The translations under genes and the position numbers were made by a program. A stretch of 62,919 bases of DNA, filler included, from Globobulimina sp. (taxonomy: Eukaryota): assembly GCA_003354225.1 (NCBI GenBank). It is 30 parts of 30 records of this genome, joined end to end, with 100 filler letters (N's around TTAATTAATTAA, not from the genome) between each part and the next. Parts side by side here need not be neighbours in the genome. Positions count along the whole stretch, not along the records: positions 33,624 to 35,623 come from PIVH01009856.1; positions 35,724 to 37,723 come from PIVH01009857.1; positions 37,824 to 39,823 come from PIVH01009858.1; positions 39,924 to 41,923 come from PIVH01009859.1; positions 42,024 to 44,023 come from PIVH01009860.1; positions 44,124 to 46,123 come from PIVH01009861.1; positions 46,224 to 48,223 come from PIVH01009862.1; 23 more parts are not named here. One strand, written 5' to 3'. The notes beneath the pieces are model-generated. The model was given only the letters and a program-made list of their open reading frames with translations. It did not search any database and was not told the DNA's origin. The first letter of the stretch is position 1. Each line of letters starts with the position of its first letter. Shown piece after piece: positions 34,964-47,644 of this stretch.

Positions 34964-35821
34964 AATTATGATAATAAATATGTATAATATTAGGCAATTA
35001 TGAATTATGATATATAATACAATGTGATTTCTGTATTAAATTTGAATGCATTAATTGTTTATGAGTACATGTTTGGTGATGATGCTCGTGTGTCACCACC
35101 ATCCACTCCTAGGCATGGTGTAATACGCATAAATTATCCTTTTCTATCAATATCTATCCACATAAACAGTCAACACTGTATTATTGCATAATATTTATTC
35201 TTATTTTACATTATTAATGCACATCACAGCATAATATTTATTCTTATTTTCTTAATATTTATTCACAAATGCACATCACACATTATGAGGATTTTGCTAT
35301 GTGGCACATAGCAATATTAGCATGACAATTTGCTTACTCTTTCAAATTGTTTGTTTTGATGTGCATTTTTGCAGGAGTAAACAATAAAAAACTTGATTAA
35401 TCATGTTAATTTGAAACGATTTTCAGTTCTTGCAACTTGTATTGAATAAAATGTTTGTGCAGTATTTATGAAACTATATTCACACTATAGAATACTGTTC
35501 TAAACGTATCAAAACATAAGCAGGGACACCATGTTTTGCAAAGACTCTCACCCTATACTTTTGTTTTAAAAAGACTGTTTTTGGCAAAATCATGTCGTCG
35601 ATCCCCTTCGTTTCAGAACCTGANNNNNNNNNNNNNNNNNNNNNNNNNNNNNNNNNNNNNNNNNNNNTTAATTAATTAANNNNNNNNNNNNNNNNNNNNN
35701 NNNNNNNNNNNNNNNNNNNNNNNAAAAATAAAAAAAAACAGAAAAAAATGTATTAAATACAGGTATTATAACAGATAAAAAAAATTTAAAAGAAAAAACA
35801 TTGCTAAAATAACATAAATAT

Positions 35822-37723
35822 TTATTCACATTTGAAAGTTGCAGGACATTTATCACTTGAACCATTATTTGAAGCATCATCATATATCGCATCATCCTCA
35901 TCGTCCAATGGAATTAATTCAGCGCCAACTCTCAAATCCATATCACTTCCACCAAATGCATCGCCGCCATGGTGCCCCAACAATTCATCCTGTTGTTGTT
36001 CATAATGACTTGAACCAGACCTTATTTTATGTAATTTATTCATTAACTCATCCAATTTGATATCGACATTCATCGATCCAACCATGATATGTTTGGACCG
36101 TTTCCGTCCATAATTCCTCCCCAATGTGTTTGTATGCGATGAGCTGTCACTCGAACTCTTCGAATGCGACTCTTCTGCGCATCGCGTCACATACTCCAAA
36201 TTTCCACCTTCCGCATCATTTTCTGGTACCTACATATTTTGATTTATGCCACTTAGTTTCAAACTGACTGTACATAGCCAAATTGCTCACATTTTTGTAT
36301 ATAAATAAGTTTCAAACTGAACATGTGAACAAATTCGGTTTCAAACCATAAAATAAAATGAATTATGACCTGCACAAAAATATCAATAGTTCGTCCACGC
36401 GCATTTCGAACTTTTTTCACATCGGAGCCGGAATCAAATCCCGCCGCAATATCATCGATATCGTCAATTTCCACTCGATCACCGTCCACAATCTCATACA
36501 AATTGAATGAGCTCTTTGGTAAACCGAATTGTATAGAAATTGTACTGCGTAGCTCATCAAAGTTCATTTCATTCCAATTGTACTCTGCGTATAAATCGCC
36601 AGCATCGCCACCTGCAGTTACTATCTCGTTTGATAATGAATATTTAAAATGTTTATTGTTATAATGCACAGTGATGACATATTCGCCTTCATTGTCTTGG
36701 TCCTCTTCTTCTTCTTCTTCGACGATGGGAGAGCCCGAACGAACTGTGGTCATATTCATGTTCATATTGCCTGGCCGGTCCTTGACAATCTCAATGAAAC
36801 TAATTTGTTCCGCATCGCCTTTGGCAACCTTTTCTTTCTTGAATTTCCAACATAGACATCTCGCAAACACTGTATATAAACGTTTGTGAGCCCATTGCAA
36901 AATGGAGCCATGATGTTTAGCTAAAGTCACTTAAAAAAACTTTAGCTAAAAGCATGTGTAAAATGACTAGACCTTGACATTTTAGTTTGAGCAAACTAGC
37001 CATCATAAAATATAAAAAAAAATGCGTAACATACCAACTAAAACCAATACCACAGCACACGCGGCCACAGGAATTAGAAAATCATCCAATGTAAAAGAGG
37101 CAACCACGGCCGCATTGGATGAACCATCCGTATTTTCGTCAATAACTTCAATTGTTGGCTCCACAGTTGGTTCAGACGTTGGTTTTGCCGTTGGAGCAGT
37201 ACTAATCATTGTATACACATCAAAATAATGATAAATTTATATGCAAAATAACAAAACAAAACAAAACCTTGGTTGATTTGTAGGATGTAATGTTGGGTCA
37301 ATTGTAGGCTCAGTACTGTACATCAGATTTATGAGTTAGTTTCAAACCGAAAACAAAAAAAAAGACAAAAAAACTACGTTGGCTCAGATGTAGGATCATT
37401 CGTTGGACCATGGGTTGGAATATATGTTGGTTCAATGCTACATATTATTATGTGAGTTAGTTTCAAACTGAAAAAAAAAAAATAAAAAAAAACCTACGTT
37501 GGATGCGATGTTGGACCACTGCTCGGATTATGGCTTGGTTGTTTGGTAGGGTCCACCGACGGTGCTTTAGTAGGCCGAGTGCTGTATATTCCAAAAATTT
37601 ACGACTTAGTTTCAAACTGAAACTGGAAAAAAACCTACGTAGGATGCGATGTTGGGTCGTTTGTGGGGTCAGTGGTTGGAGTATGCGTAGGTTGAGAGGT
37701 AGGTGGCACTGAGGGCAGTTTAG
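35822..37723 (-). CDS. PT-repeat single-pass membrane protein, 5' truncated; introns 37582-37638, 37438-37497, 37316-37377, 37202-37267, about 36930-37034, 36230-36369
   Basis: PTxx repeats in small exons, TM FLIPVAACAVVLVLV, acidic cytoplasmic tail; GT-AG boundaries keep the frame. Confidence 0.75.
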
Positions 37724-38450
37724 NNNNNNNNNNNNNNNNNNNNNNNNNNNNNNNNNNNNNNNNNNNNTTAATTAATTAANNNNNNNNNNNNNNNNNNNNN
37801 NNNNNNNNNNNNNNNNNNNNNNNTGAACGCATTATTTGTCGGAAAGATGGAGAATAAAAAAACTCCGATAATTTTTAGATGATGTCAATCTGCGAAAATA
37901 CGATGCATATTTTATATTCAATTTGTGTATCGGAAATTTTCGGTAAAATGATGACAGATAATTTGCTGAGTTGTGGTATGGATGATGTTATATGGCTCAT
38001 TATTTGCGATCTGATGCTATGTGATTGGTTTGGTGATATTAATGGTTTTATTGCTGACATTGATACTGCAAAAATATATTTTGGTGTACGGATAGATAAA
38101 GATGTTACTGATAGCAACGAAATCGCCTCTTTTGTGTAGTACTCTGCTGTTCTTAAACCTTGCCGCAAGGAATTGATTTTTTCTTCCAATTCTATGGATA
38201 CGTATGGTATAATTTATTTTCGTCCAATTCTATGGATATAAGATAACATTTCAGATAATTACTCAACGTCGCATTTCTTGTGATTCTGATGGTGCAGATT
38301 GAACGCTGTTGGGTTTTCGTCCGAATATTGCACTGCCAGTGATATTGTGTGACATTAATAGGAGTAGCATTGCCAATGTGTATAGTTTTGGAATCATGAT
38401 TGAAGCGAAAGTTTGGGCTCAGCGTTTTTCAGATTTTAAAATTAAGCGAC

Positions 38451-39185
38451 ATGTGTCAGTACGAACAACGTCTACAATTATTGGTATATAGCTACGTGAG
38501 GAATGTAGAAACGTCAACATTTAAGCTGCCAACTGATTTGTTAAACACGTTTATTGCGTGGTGCAGAATAGATCCTATACCAATGTTTGATTTTGTTTTT
38601 AAACAAAATGATCATTTGGTGGTGGAAATGTTTATGGATGAATTTGTGACTAAACTTGTGAAAATAAAATATTATGAAATATTCTCGAACCAAAAGACAT
38701 TAAGTAAATTGAAAAAAGTAACCAAAATATATGACAGTCAATATGCGCTCAGTTTCGCTACAATTTGGGGGAGTTGGCGGGGAGTATCACTTCAAGTGAT
38801 TGTGTATGGTGAACAGAACCAAATCATTGGGAGAACAGCCTGGAAAACGATGTACCGAATAATTGAAGCACCGTTTGCCAAATTTAATTTTGAAGATGAA
38901 TTGCAATTTGATGTTGATAATGAAGGTTGCATCACTTTAAATGGATGGATATCTGCAATAAATAAAAATAATGTTGATGTAAATGATATGGATAGTAAAA
39001 GATTGTTTTATTATTTGCATTTCTATTTTGATAAAAAAAGGGATAGCAATGGTGATAAAATACGTATTGGTGTAAAACATGTGAATGATTTTTTGGAAGG
39101 AGTGCAAAGATCTAATTATAGTGAACATTATCATGCATTACGAACTGAATTTGTTTATGTGATAACACTATTGTCACTAATGTAG
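38451..39185 (+). CDS. Hypothetical protein with EF-hand-like segment
   Basis: LLVYSYVR...LPTDL leader; FDVDNEGCITLNGW. Confidence 0.5.
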   Translation: MCQYEQRLQLLVYSYVRNVETSTFKLPTDLLNTFIAWCRIDPIPMFDFVFKQNDHLVVEMFMDEFVTKLVKIKYYEIFSNQKTLSKLKKVTKIYDSQYALSFATIWGSWRGVSLQVIVYGEQNQIIGRTAWKTMYRIIEAPFAKFNFEDELQFDVDNEGCITLNGWISAINKNNVDVNDMDSKRLFYYLHFYFDKKRDSNGDKIRIGVKHVNDFLEGVQRSNYSEHYHALRTEFVYVITLLSLM

Positions 39186-39360
39186 TTTTGCTGCTATATC
39201 TTTTTTCTTTAGTTGACTTTATGGCAAATGAATACTGATCATCGAATAGAAAACAGCTGCAGATGATAATCGACAATACGAATCTACTAAATGCACGCTA
39301 CGATATCCTCACAAAAAGACACTTTCAATTGTTTACTTTCGAATTTTTGTTTTTAAATAG

Positions 39361-39823
39361 ATGGAATTGTTTAAATTCTTTGGCAATAACATTGAATGGA
39401 TATTAGTATTATTATCATGTATTTGTTTTATGTTTAGTTTTATTGAAACAATACCATTTTGTGCATTAACTTTACCAATTTGGATGTTATTATTTTCCAT
39501 CAAAATGCATTTAATGAATGTACATTTTGATACCACATCAAAACCTCAAAATAAGTATTATTCATTAAAGTATTTCATGTCAATTATTATTATGGATGTC
39601 GGTCTTACGTTGGGTGCATTTGATTATTTTGGAATTTTCCCCAACATTGCTTTGGCTGTTACGGTAACGTTCGTTTTTGGATTCTTACTCATTTGTATAA
39701 TGTTACTATTAAACTATGTTTGGATTAAATTTATGCGCGTGTCCAAAGACTATGTATTGGTTTCCATTATGGTTTATCCAACCTTATTAACATCATTTTT
39801 TATTTGTATTAGTTATTTTTCCC
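39361..39823 (+). CDS. Multi-pass membrane protein, truncated
   Basis: Several hydrophobic helices. Confidence 0.5.
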
Positions 39824-40777
39824 NNNNNNNNNNNNNNNNNNNNNNNNNNNNNNNNNNNNNNNNNNNNTTAATTAATTAANNNNNNNNNNNNNNNNNNNNN
39901 NNNNNNNNNNNNNNNNNNNNNNNATTTGGATCATATTGTTATTCAATGTACGCGTGGTGCTGGATTGTCTTCATATCAATTTTCATTATGTGGTTTATTG
40001 GATATTTTAAGTGAAACAAGAAAAAGAAATAAAATAAAATGTTCATTATATGGCGTATGGAAGGACAGAGAAGAAGGTAGTGGAGATAGACGAAGTTGGT
40101 TATATTATTTACATTCATCAATCTCATCATCATTAAATATTAAATATCCAAAAATTAAAATATCAATTCAACAAACAAATGATTATTATGGAGATAGAAA
40201 TGATTTATTAATTTTTGACTGTGTGTGATTGTTTTTGTGGTTTGTTTTGCTTTCACTGTGTGAGTGTAAATATTATTATTATAATTCCAGATAATTGACA
40301 AAATCTACACATATTCTATCCATATTTAAAGCAAATGTAATTTAGTTTTGTTACTTCTGTATAAAGCAAATGTACAATTTTTTAAAAATTGAGAGATTCA
40401 CTAAATTTCAGATGAACCATTGTACAAACTAATTCGAATAAATCTCATATAATTCTTTTAATACATTGTCATAGAAATAATGACAAACTCTGCTCGATCC
40501 ATTAAAACAATGATCGGTGATGATACTCCCCGTCATTTGACCGTCTATCAACATAACCATAACTACAATCACCCGCTGATATAGTTCCGTCCTCAGTGCA
40601 GTCCACATTATTCATACGAACTAAAGATCCATCACCGGAGGCTTCAAAACAAAAATCTGCAATTTTTTCCAACAAACCAATCACCGCAAGTAAGACCATA
40701 ATCATCTGCTCAACATTTCAATTAATAATTGTTGGATGTTTTAACTAAAGTTTTCTGTGTTTCAACGTTGCACGAAG

Positions 40778-41765
40778 ATGCTGACCCGTCAACACCATAT
40801 ACTATCACAGATGCTATTATTCAAAGGATGTTTACCCGAAGAAGCGATTAAAAATGAAATATTCCGAAATGACGATGAAGACTCTGACTTTGAAGAAATG
40901 GTGAATAGAATCAATAGATGGCACGAACAGACAATGACATCGCTACAAATTGAGTCACATCAATGGATTGATAACAAAACATATTATGGTTGGAGAACCA
41001 CGGTAAGCACTGACGAAATCAGTGCAAAATCAATCAACTCATTGAATACAAAACAAATTGCTTTTTGGAAAATATTTTTAAATGTCATGATTCAAAACAG
41101 TGGTTTATCTTCGCTCAGTGCTGCATATTCAGTTTAGTTTACTGCACAATGCATACACACAGATATTTGAATAGCTCTCGGCATTGTAAATACTATGAAA
41201 GTTAAACCGCGCAGCAATGCTGGGAATAAAATTTATATTAAGTAGCTCGGAATTATTATCATTATTTACAATATTGGAAAAAGGGAAATATATTCAAACA
41301 ATGGAACACGCTGAATTTGATGATGTGGAGTTTGAGGAAAAAGAATCAGAATTTGATGCAAATATAGATAATAAGCAAGGAAATAAATATTATGTGATTG
41401 GGCCTCGTTCATTTATTGATTTGAAAGTATGGATTGAATCAAAAACGGAACATGGCGATCATGAATGTGTGCTGTGTAGCGATTATGTGATGTATAAAGG
41501 ATTTAAATGTCAGTATGAAAATTGTCCGAACATCGTACATCAACAATGCATAAAACAATATTTAGAAGCTAATAATGATAAATGTCCGAGCTGTCAAAAT
41601 CCGCTTAATATTAATAATATAGGTGACGGTCTCAAGGAATATGTTCAAATATTAAATCATCCAAATGACGCTATTAAAGTTGTAACAAATTTAAAACAAT
41701 TATCCCATGACAACACAAACAATACAAACAATGCAATGCAAGATAGTGACGATGCTGATGATTGA
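40778..41765 (+). CDS. NSE1: Smc5/6 subunit NSE1; intron near 41100-41215, boundaries uncertain
   Basis: HHILSQML...; IGPRSFIDLKVWI; RING-like CVLC...C....C...VHQQC...CPSC. Confidence 0.75.
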
Positions 41766-42023
41766 CGATATATTTGACACTTTGGGGTTATTTACCTTCT
41801 AAATTACATACTTTAGAATAGGACCTGTTTGAAACACTGCGTTTTAGAAAAATTTTAAAACCTATGGAGAGGTCATCACCATCTCCTAACAAAACGACTT
41901 GCGAATTTGCGGATTTTAAAAACNNNNNNNNNNNNNNNNNNNNNNNNNNNNNNNNNNNNNNNNNNNNTTAATTAATTAANNNNNNNNNNNNNNNNNNNNN
42001 NNNNNNNNNNNNNNNNNNNNNNN

Positions 42024-42659
42024 GAATGCGGATGTGGATGTGGATGCGGATGGGCATAATATGGAGGCCCTGGCCTAGGAGCACGTGGATGTGGGTGGGA
42101 TGAATACATTCGTCTGTCGTATTGCGGCGGTGCTTGCGAGTGACTGTGACTGTGGCTGTGGCTGTGACTGTGCGTATTCCTCCGTGAACTGACATTATTC
42201 TTCCTAGGCACAGCCTTTTTAATATCTAACTTCCTGCCATGCATTGTCAATGTGTCACCTTGCGATAAAATTTCTGGCGCCTAAAAATTATACAAATTGG
42301 TTGCTTTCAAACTGAATTCGGTCGATTTCAATTTTAAAATTGGTGGTGTTTTTTTTTACATACAATGGATTGTGAGGTGAATACAACGAAGCCAAATCCT
42401 CGAGATTTCTGAGTATGTGGATCCTGTGTTGTGTGTTTGTATGGATGCGATTGTGCGTTTTTGTGTGTAAGGATATGGTTTGACACTAAACTACCATAAC
42501 CACACAGTCTTCCAATTGGCCCCATTTTTCCCAATACTCTCTGAATTGTTTTTGTGTGGTGTCTTTGGATAAACCACCGACAAATAATTTGTTGGGATTG
42601 AATACTTCGTCATGACGACGCCCACCTGGCAATTTCGGTGGTTTTGGTAATTCCTCCAT
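42024..42659 (-). CDS. RRM RNA-binding protein (hnRNP A1/Musashi-like), 2 introns, truncated
   Basis: KLFVGGLS (RNP2), SRGFGFVVF (RNP1), GRKLDIKKAVPR; His-Ser/His-Pro tail; intron 42281-42363. Confidence 0.88.
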
Positions 42660-42836
42660 TGTTGTTGAGAAAATTGTTGGTTAATTATTGAGGCTAGGAT
42701 TCAACGATATGCTCAACAAAAACTTTGCTTGAAAATTGTTTTGTGTCAAAGTAAGTTTTTCAGAGAAAAAGCAATGATTTTGTTAATTCAGGTATAGTTT
42801 AAATTCTGTATTATTTGATATTTAAACATCCATGAT

Positions 42837-44023
42837 TCAGTATCCAACAAAGTACGGCCATGGTTCAGAAAAACCATTGATTTTACAATCTTTATTTGTT
42901 ATCACAATGGAATGAAATGGATCATCACAAAATTCACAATATGTCTTTACAACGATTGTTGATTTTTGACATTCTCTAAAATCATCGACTGCTTTCATTA
43001 TTTCCTTAACCTTTTTTTTCGTAGTTGTGAATCTAACAATAAACATAAACTCATTTACATTTGATAACTGTGATAATATATTTATAATTCGCGCAACACG
43101 TAAAATTAAATGTGATCCGGAGTGTTTTTTCAAATCACTGTCAAACTTTACTGAAATTTTAAAACGTTTTCTATTCACTTTTTTTGTGTTATATAAACCA
43201 TATTCAATTCCAGCAAACACAGCATCACAGTCAAAAAATAACTTATCTTCAATATCAATATATTCTAATAATGGTTGGCTTGATATTATTTTTTCAATCA
43301 TAATTATCATATCCTTATCACAGCGTTGACAGCAAGGAACTACACTAACTTTTCTTAATTGGTTTGCTGTTTTAAGAATATTATTAAGAACATCGTCACA
43401 TACACATTCTACTTGTAATTGTTGCAATTTACTGAATGAAATGTTTGATTCTATCGTCACATCATCATTGTCATGATTTAAATATAAATATTCTAATTTA
43501 TTTGCATAAACACGAAGAAATGTATTGGCTATGTTTGCAGATAAAAGAATTACGCTTGAATCCATGGCCAATCCTTTCAAATTGACAAATAAAGTTTGAA
43601 TATCTTCCTCTGAAACAAAATTTTCTGAAGAAACATCAAATAAAAATAAATGTTGAACCATAGAAAATTTTAATAATATTTTCTTCCAGAACGTAGAATC
43701 ACCGCTATTTACATCTTCGAGGGTTAATGATTTAATATTATTGAAATTAATAGAATTCTGATCCATAAATGCCTGTGTATTGTCTATATCGGCACCATCA
43801 CAATTTAAAATTAAATGTTGTAAATTATTTGCAACCGATTTTTCTGATAATCGGAATTTATCAAATTGTGTCAAATAAAAACATAAGCGATTTATTGATG
43901 GATATCTTTGCAAAGCGAATGATTCATTTTGGGGAAGAGAATCAAGAGATTTGTCATAAACCAGATCAAGACAACGTAGTGTATTTGGAGTGTTGCAATG
44001 TATCATTGCTGCACGGTTTACTT
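42837..44023 (-). CDS. LRR-like protein, 5' truncated
   Basis: Repeated LxxLxL motifs (LQHLIL, IKSLTL, LEYLYL, LQQLQV). Confidence 0.6.
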
Positions 44024-44123
44024 NNNNNNNNNNNNNNNNNNNNNNNNNNNNNNNNNNNNNNNNNNNNTTAATTAATTAANNNNNNNNNNNNNNNNNNNNN
44101 NNNNNNNNNNNNNNNNNNNNNNN

Positions 44124-44270
44124 TCGGAGCAGAATAAGTCAACTTCCTAATCCTAACCTCAGCCGGAGTAATAGGTCGCGAAGAACCATCAGACTCAACA
44201 ACATTCGGCTTCCCAACACGAACCTTCCCAAGCTTAATTTCAAAATCCTCACTCGGACTAATAGAATCAA
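44124..44270 (-). CDS. rpoB: Archaeal-type RNA polymerase subunit B fragment
   Basis: EIKLGKVRVGKPNVVESDGSSRPITPAEVRIRKLTYSAP. Confidence 0.8.
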
Positions 44271-44375
44271 TATTAATCTTAGATTCAGGCTTCAAGGCAC
44301 TCAAAACAAAGCTCTCCACATTAGCATTCCTCCCCTCACTAGCCCACGGCTGATCCATACACCTAACATAATATT

Positions 44376-44793
44376 CTCGATCAACGGCATATAATCCATT
44401 TCCAGTGTTAGGAATATCAAATATATCATTTAACTGACTTAACATGGACTTATTATTTGTATCACTGTTTCGTGACTTATATTTGGCATATATTAATATT
44501 AAAATACTAAATAAAATCATTAATGAATGCATTACAATGTTGGTTCTTACTGATTGTATCACGAAGCTAATAATATAAATAATAGGAATAATACATAATA
44601 AAAAAAGGCGGCGATGATACTTATATTTATGAATTCCGACAGAATCCGTTCGTTCTTTCATTGCTTGCCATAGATGAACCTTTATGTGGTTTACATCTGA
44701 ATCAGCGCTCTCTGAAAGGGTTTGTTTTTCTTCTCGCTGTACAGAATGTTGTTGATATTCTGTCAACTGTGTCTCCATCTGGTGAGTTGACAT
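44376..44793 (-). CDS. Eukaryotic two-TM protein, N-terminal part fused to foreign DNA
   Basis: MSTHQ start and two hydrophobic helices; composition changes near 44375. Confidence 0.5.
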
Positions 44794-45038
44794 GGTTTTC
44801 TTTGGCTGATATACTGTTACTGCCTGATAGCAAGTTTTCCTTTTAAAGTGAAACAATAATAAAAATTTAGAACATTCTTCTCTTTTATTGAAAAAAAGAT
44901 GGGGAAACACATCAGAAAATACATTGAAGCAAAACACAAAATAAAATCAAGGAAAATGTAAATATTTATATTGAAAAAAAAATTAAGTTATAAATTATAC
45001 GAAATAAATAGGACGGTTTACAATAAGATAAAAAGTAT

Positions 45039-45962
45039 TCAAAATCCAACATGGAAACATTTAATAATATTTGTGATTGTATTACCACAAAATGCACATT
45101 TCTTATATTGTTTGACTTGTTGAACACAGTTGGAACAAACGGCAATATGTCCACATGGTATCATTATATGATTAGCTTCGCCATCACTGCACACCACACA
45201 TAACTGACTCTTTTTATTCTGTTTATTATTATTGTTGCTCTGGTTTTTCTTTTTCTTTTCTTTTTTATTCTTATATTCTTTTAATTGAATAATCCTTTTA
45301 ATATTTTTTAATATTAAATCCCTATCGTTTTTGTGTAGAACTTTGAATGATCGCAGTATAAAATCATTCATCTCCGGCAAATCCTTGCCGCATAGTCCAG
45401 ATTGTTGAATTTGATGATGATAATTTGCTTTTTCATATTTCTCATTTTCGATATGTTTTATCCAGATTATAACATCATTGTTGCCCCATTTATTCCAGGT
45501 TGGCTCTAATCTTTTATTGAAATTATACTTTAAGAGACTGGCAATTGTATTCAATTCATGTTCAAATTTATCCACACATTGTTTCGTTTGCTTTATTGCC
45601 GATATTTCGCTTTGGATTTTGGAGCTTTGTTCATGTAATTCCTTGATCGAATTTTCTGTTTCTCGAATCGACTCAATTTGGAACAACAATTTATTTTTGG
45701 TTCGCATCAACGCTGAAAAATATTGTTTCTTCTCGTTTTGTAATTGTTGCATTTTGACATCTAACTCATACATTTTCTCATTACATTTCGTAATCATTAA
45801 TTCTGTTTTTTCTTTGTTATTTTTCAGGATCGAATACGTGTTCGCAGTGATCAATAATTTGTCTTTTTTGGTTAACAACTCCATATTCTTCAAATCAGAT
45901 TGAAATTGCAATGCTTTTTGAAGCATGGACTCTCCCTTTACATTATCACCATTATCGCCCAT
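45039..45962 (-). CDS. Coiled-coil + SAM-like + C3HC4 RING protein
   Basis: WGNNDVIIWI...LCGKDL; CVVC...IPCGHIAVCSNC...CAFC. Confidence 0.85.
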   Translation of the reverse strand: MGDNGDNVKGESMLQKALQFQSDLKNMELLTKKDKLLITANTYSILKNNKEKTELMITKCNEKMYELDVKMQQLQNEKKQYFSALMRTKNKLLFQIESIRETENSIKELHEQSSKIQSEISAIKQTKQCVDKFEHELNTIASLLKYNFNKRLEPTWNKWGNNDVIIWIKHIENEKYEKANYHHQIQQSGLCGKDLPEMNDFILRSFKVLHKNDRDLILKNIKRIIQLKEYKNKKEKKKKNQSNNNNKQNKKSQLCVVCSDGEANHIMIPCGHIAVCSNCVQQVKQYKKCAFCGNTITNIIKCFHVGF

Positions 45963-46223
45963 ATCCGTGCCGTTATTTTCCTTTTTATTCCTATTTGCTT
46001 TGTGATTGCTTAAATTATGTCTGATTTCAACATGTTTTCGTTTGTCGTAGTCCGTAAATATAACATTTGAATTAAATGATTTCTTAAATTTATTCCATTC
46101 ATATTTTCTTTGCTTAATATTATNNNNNNNNNNNNNNNNNNNNNNNNNNNNNNNNNNNNNNNNNNNNTTAATTAATTAANNNNNNNNNNNNNNNNNNNNN
46201 NNNNNNNNNNNNNNNNNNNNNNN

Positions 46224-46715
46224 ATCCGGTCTCCGTGCCAACAACAGCAATTTCGCCGGCAACAACAAAATCGGTGGTCCAAACTCCCGGGTCATAACTG
46301 GCGATGTGGATGGGATTGGCGGGATCACTAATGTCCAGCACCCAAACACCGTCACCCGCAATACCCATGTAGGCCAGGTCGCCCGAAAGGCTCACGGTGC
46401 CAATGGACTCAGGCGGATTGAAGCGTCCCAGGAGTGACATGTTTGCTGGATCGCTGATATCGATAACAAAGAGACCTTGATTGTAACAAGCCACGTAAGC
46501 CTGGTCGCCAGCAACCTTGACAATATGAGCCGTTGGCCCGGTGATAAGAGAATCTAGGACAACCGGGCTCATGGGATCACTGACGTTAACCGACATCAGA
46601 CAGTTCGCAGAGCATACGTAGACATGGTCCCCCGCCAGGGAAAGGTGTTCCGCATACCTCATTGGCTCTTGAGTTGCCAGAGTTGGGTTTGTGGGATCAC
46701 TGACATCAAAAACAA
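46224..46715 (-). CDS. Prokaryotic LVIVD-repeat protein fragment
   Basis: Repeated GD.AYV.....GL.V.DISDPANP units; GC-rich, no introns. Confidence 0.85.
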
Positions 46716-46719
46716 GCAT

Positions 46720-47416
46720 ATTTCCATTTGCAGCCATCCTTTCAGGTAAAAACAAATTGGATGTGACCGAAGTCAAACCATCGCAGCCCCGCGGCAATGC
46801 GCCGCCCGCCATCTCCATCATTGAGACGGACATCAAAGTGGATTTTAAGGAGCCGCGCGATTACAAGGAATGGGAAAAGAAAAATAGAGGCAAAAATTTC
46901 AACGCGAAGAGCGAAACGAAAGCAAATGAGGAGAATGAGGTGGAGGAGGAGGAGGATTTTGGAGCCATCGATCCATTGCAAGTTGCACAAAATAGCAAGA
47001 AAAAGTATTTCGAGTCGCTTGAGCAGAGCGGCTTTAATGCGCAGAAATTACGCAAACAGAAATCTGCGCTGAGCTCACCGCCATCGGCTGCGGCTTCGCC
47101 GAATAAGAATAGCAACGATTTTGGTGTAATTAACCCATACTCGACTCGCGGATTGCCATTGGGCAAAAGCAAAGGGAGCGTGTCGCCAAATGACAAGAGT
47201 GGAATGTGCGAGTATCATAAGCCGAAATTTATAAATGGCAACATGGCGATGGGCAAGTTATTGAAACAAAAGTCTGTGAGGAAGGAAGAGGAGATTGTTG
47301 GTACTATGCGCTATATTTACGAGGTTGATGAACATGGCAATAGGGATTTAGTGCGGAGGTTGCCGGTAAGGAAAATAAATCCAAATGCGAAAAGTAGTGC
47401 ACATTCATTAAAATGA
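46720..47416 (+). CDS. UFD1: UFD1-family protein, C-terminal half
   Basis: LDVTEVKP...AISIIETDIKVDFKEPRDYKE matches the end of the UFD1 UT3 domain. Confidence 0.75.
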
Positions 47417-47644
47417 TGACTTTTTGTCGTGTTTTTTTGTATGTGTTGTTTGAATTTTCTTTCTTTTTTTTGCATTGTTATTTTTCAATTTCGTAACTAA
47501 TTTACTTTTTGCTACACGTCCAAAAGTGACCAAAACTGTATGAAAAACGCACGGCAATGATGACATGTTTGTATATGGACTGACTTCGGACACACAGGCA
47601 ACAAAAACATAGAATTACGGAGCTACACAACATTGAACATTTAT

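Noticed and set aside
37316-37638. CRISPR array (GTTTGAAAC-like repeats with spacers)
   Set aside because: Repeats are variable-length GT-AG introns between in-frame coding exons; no cas genes
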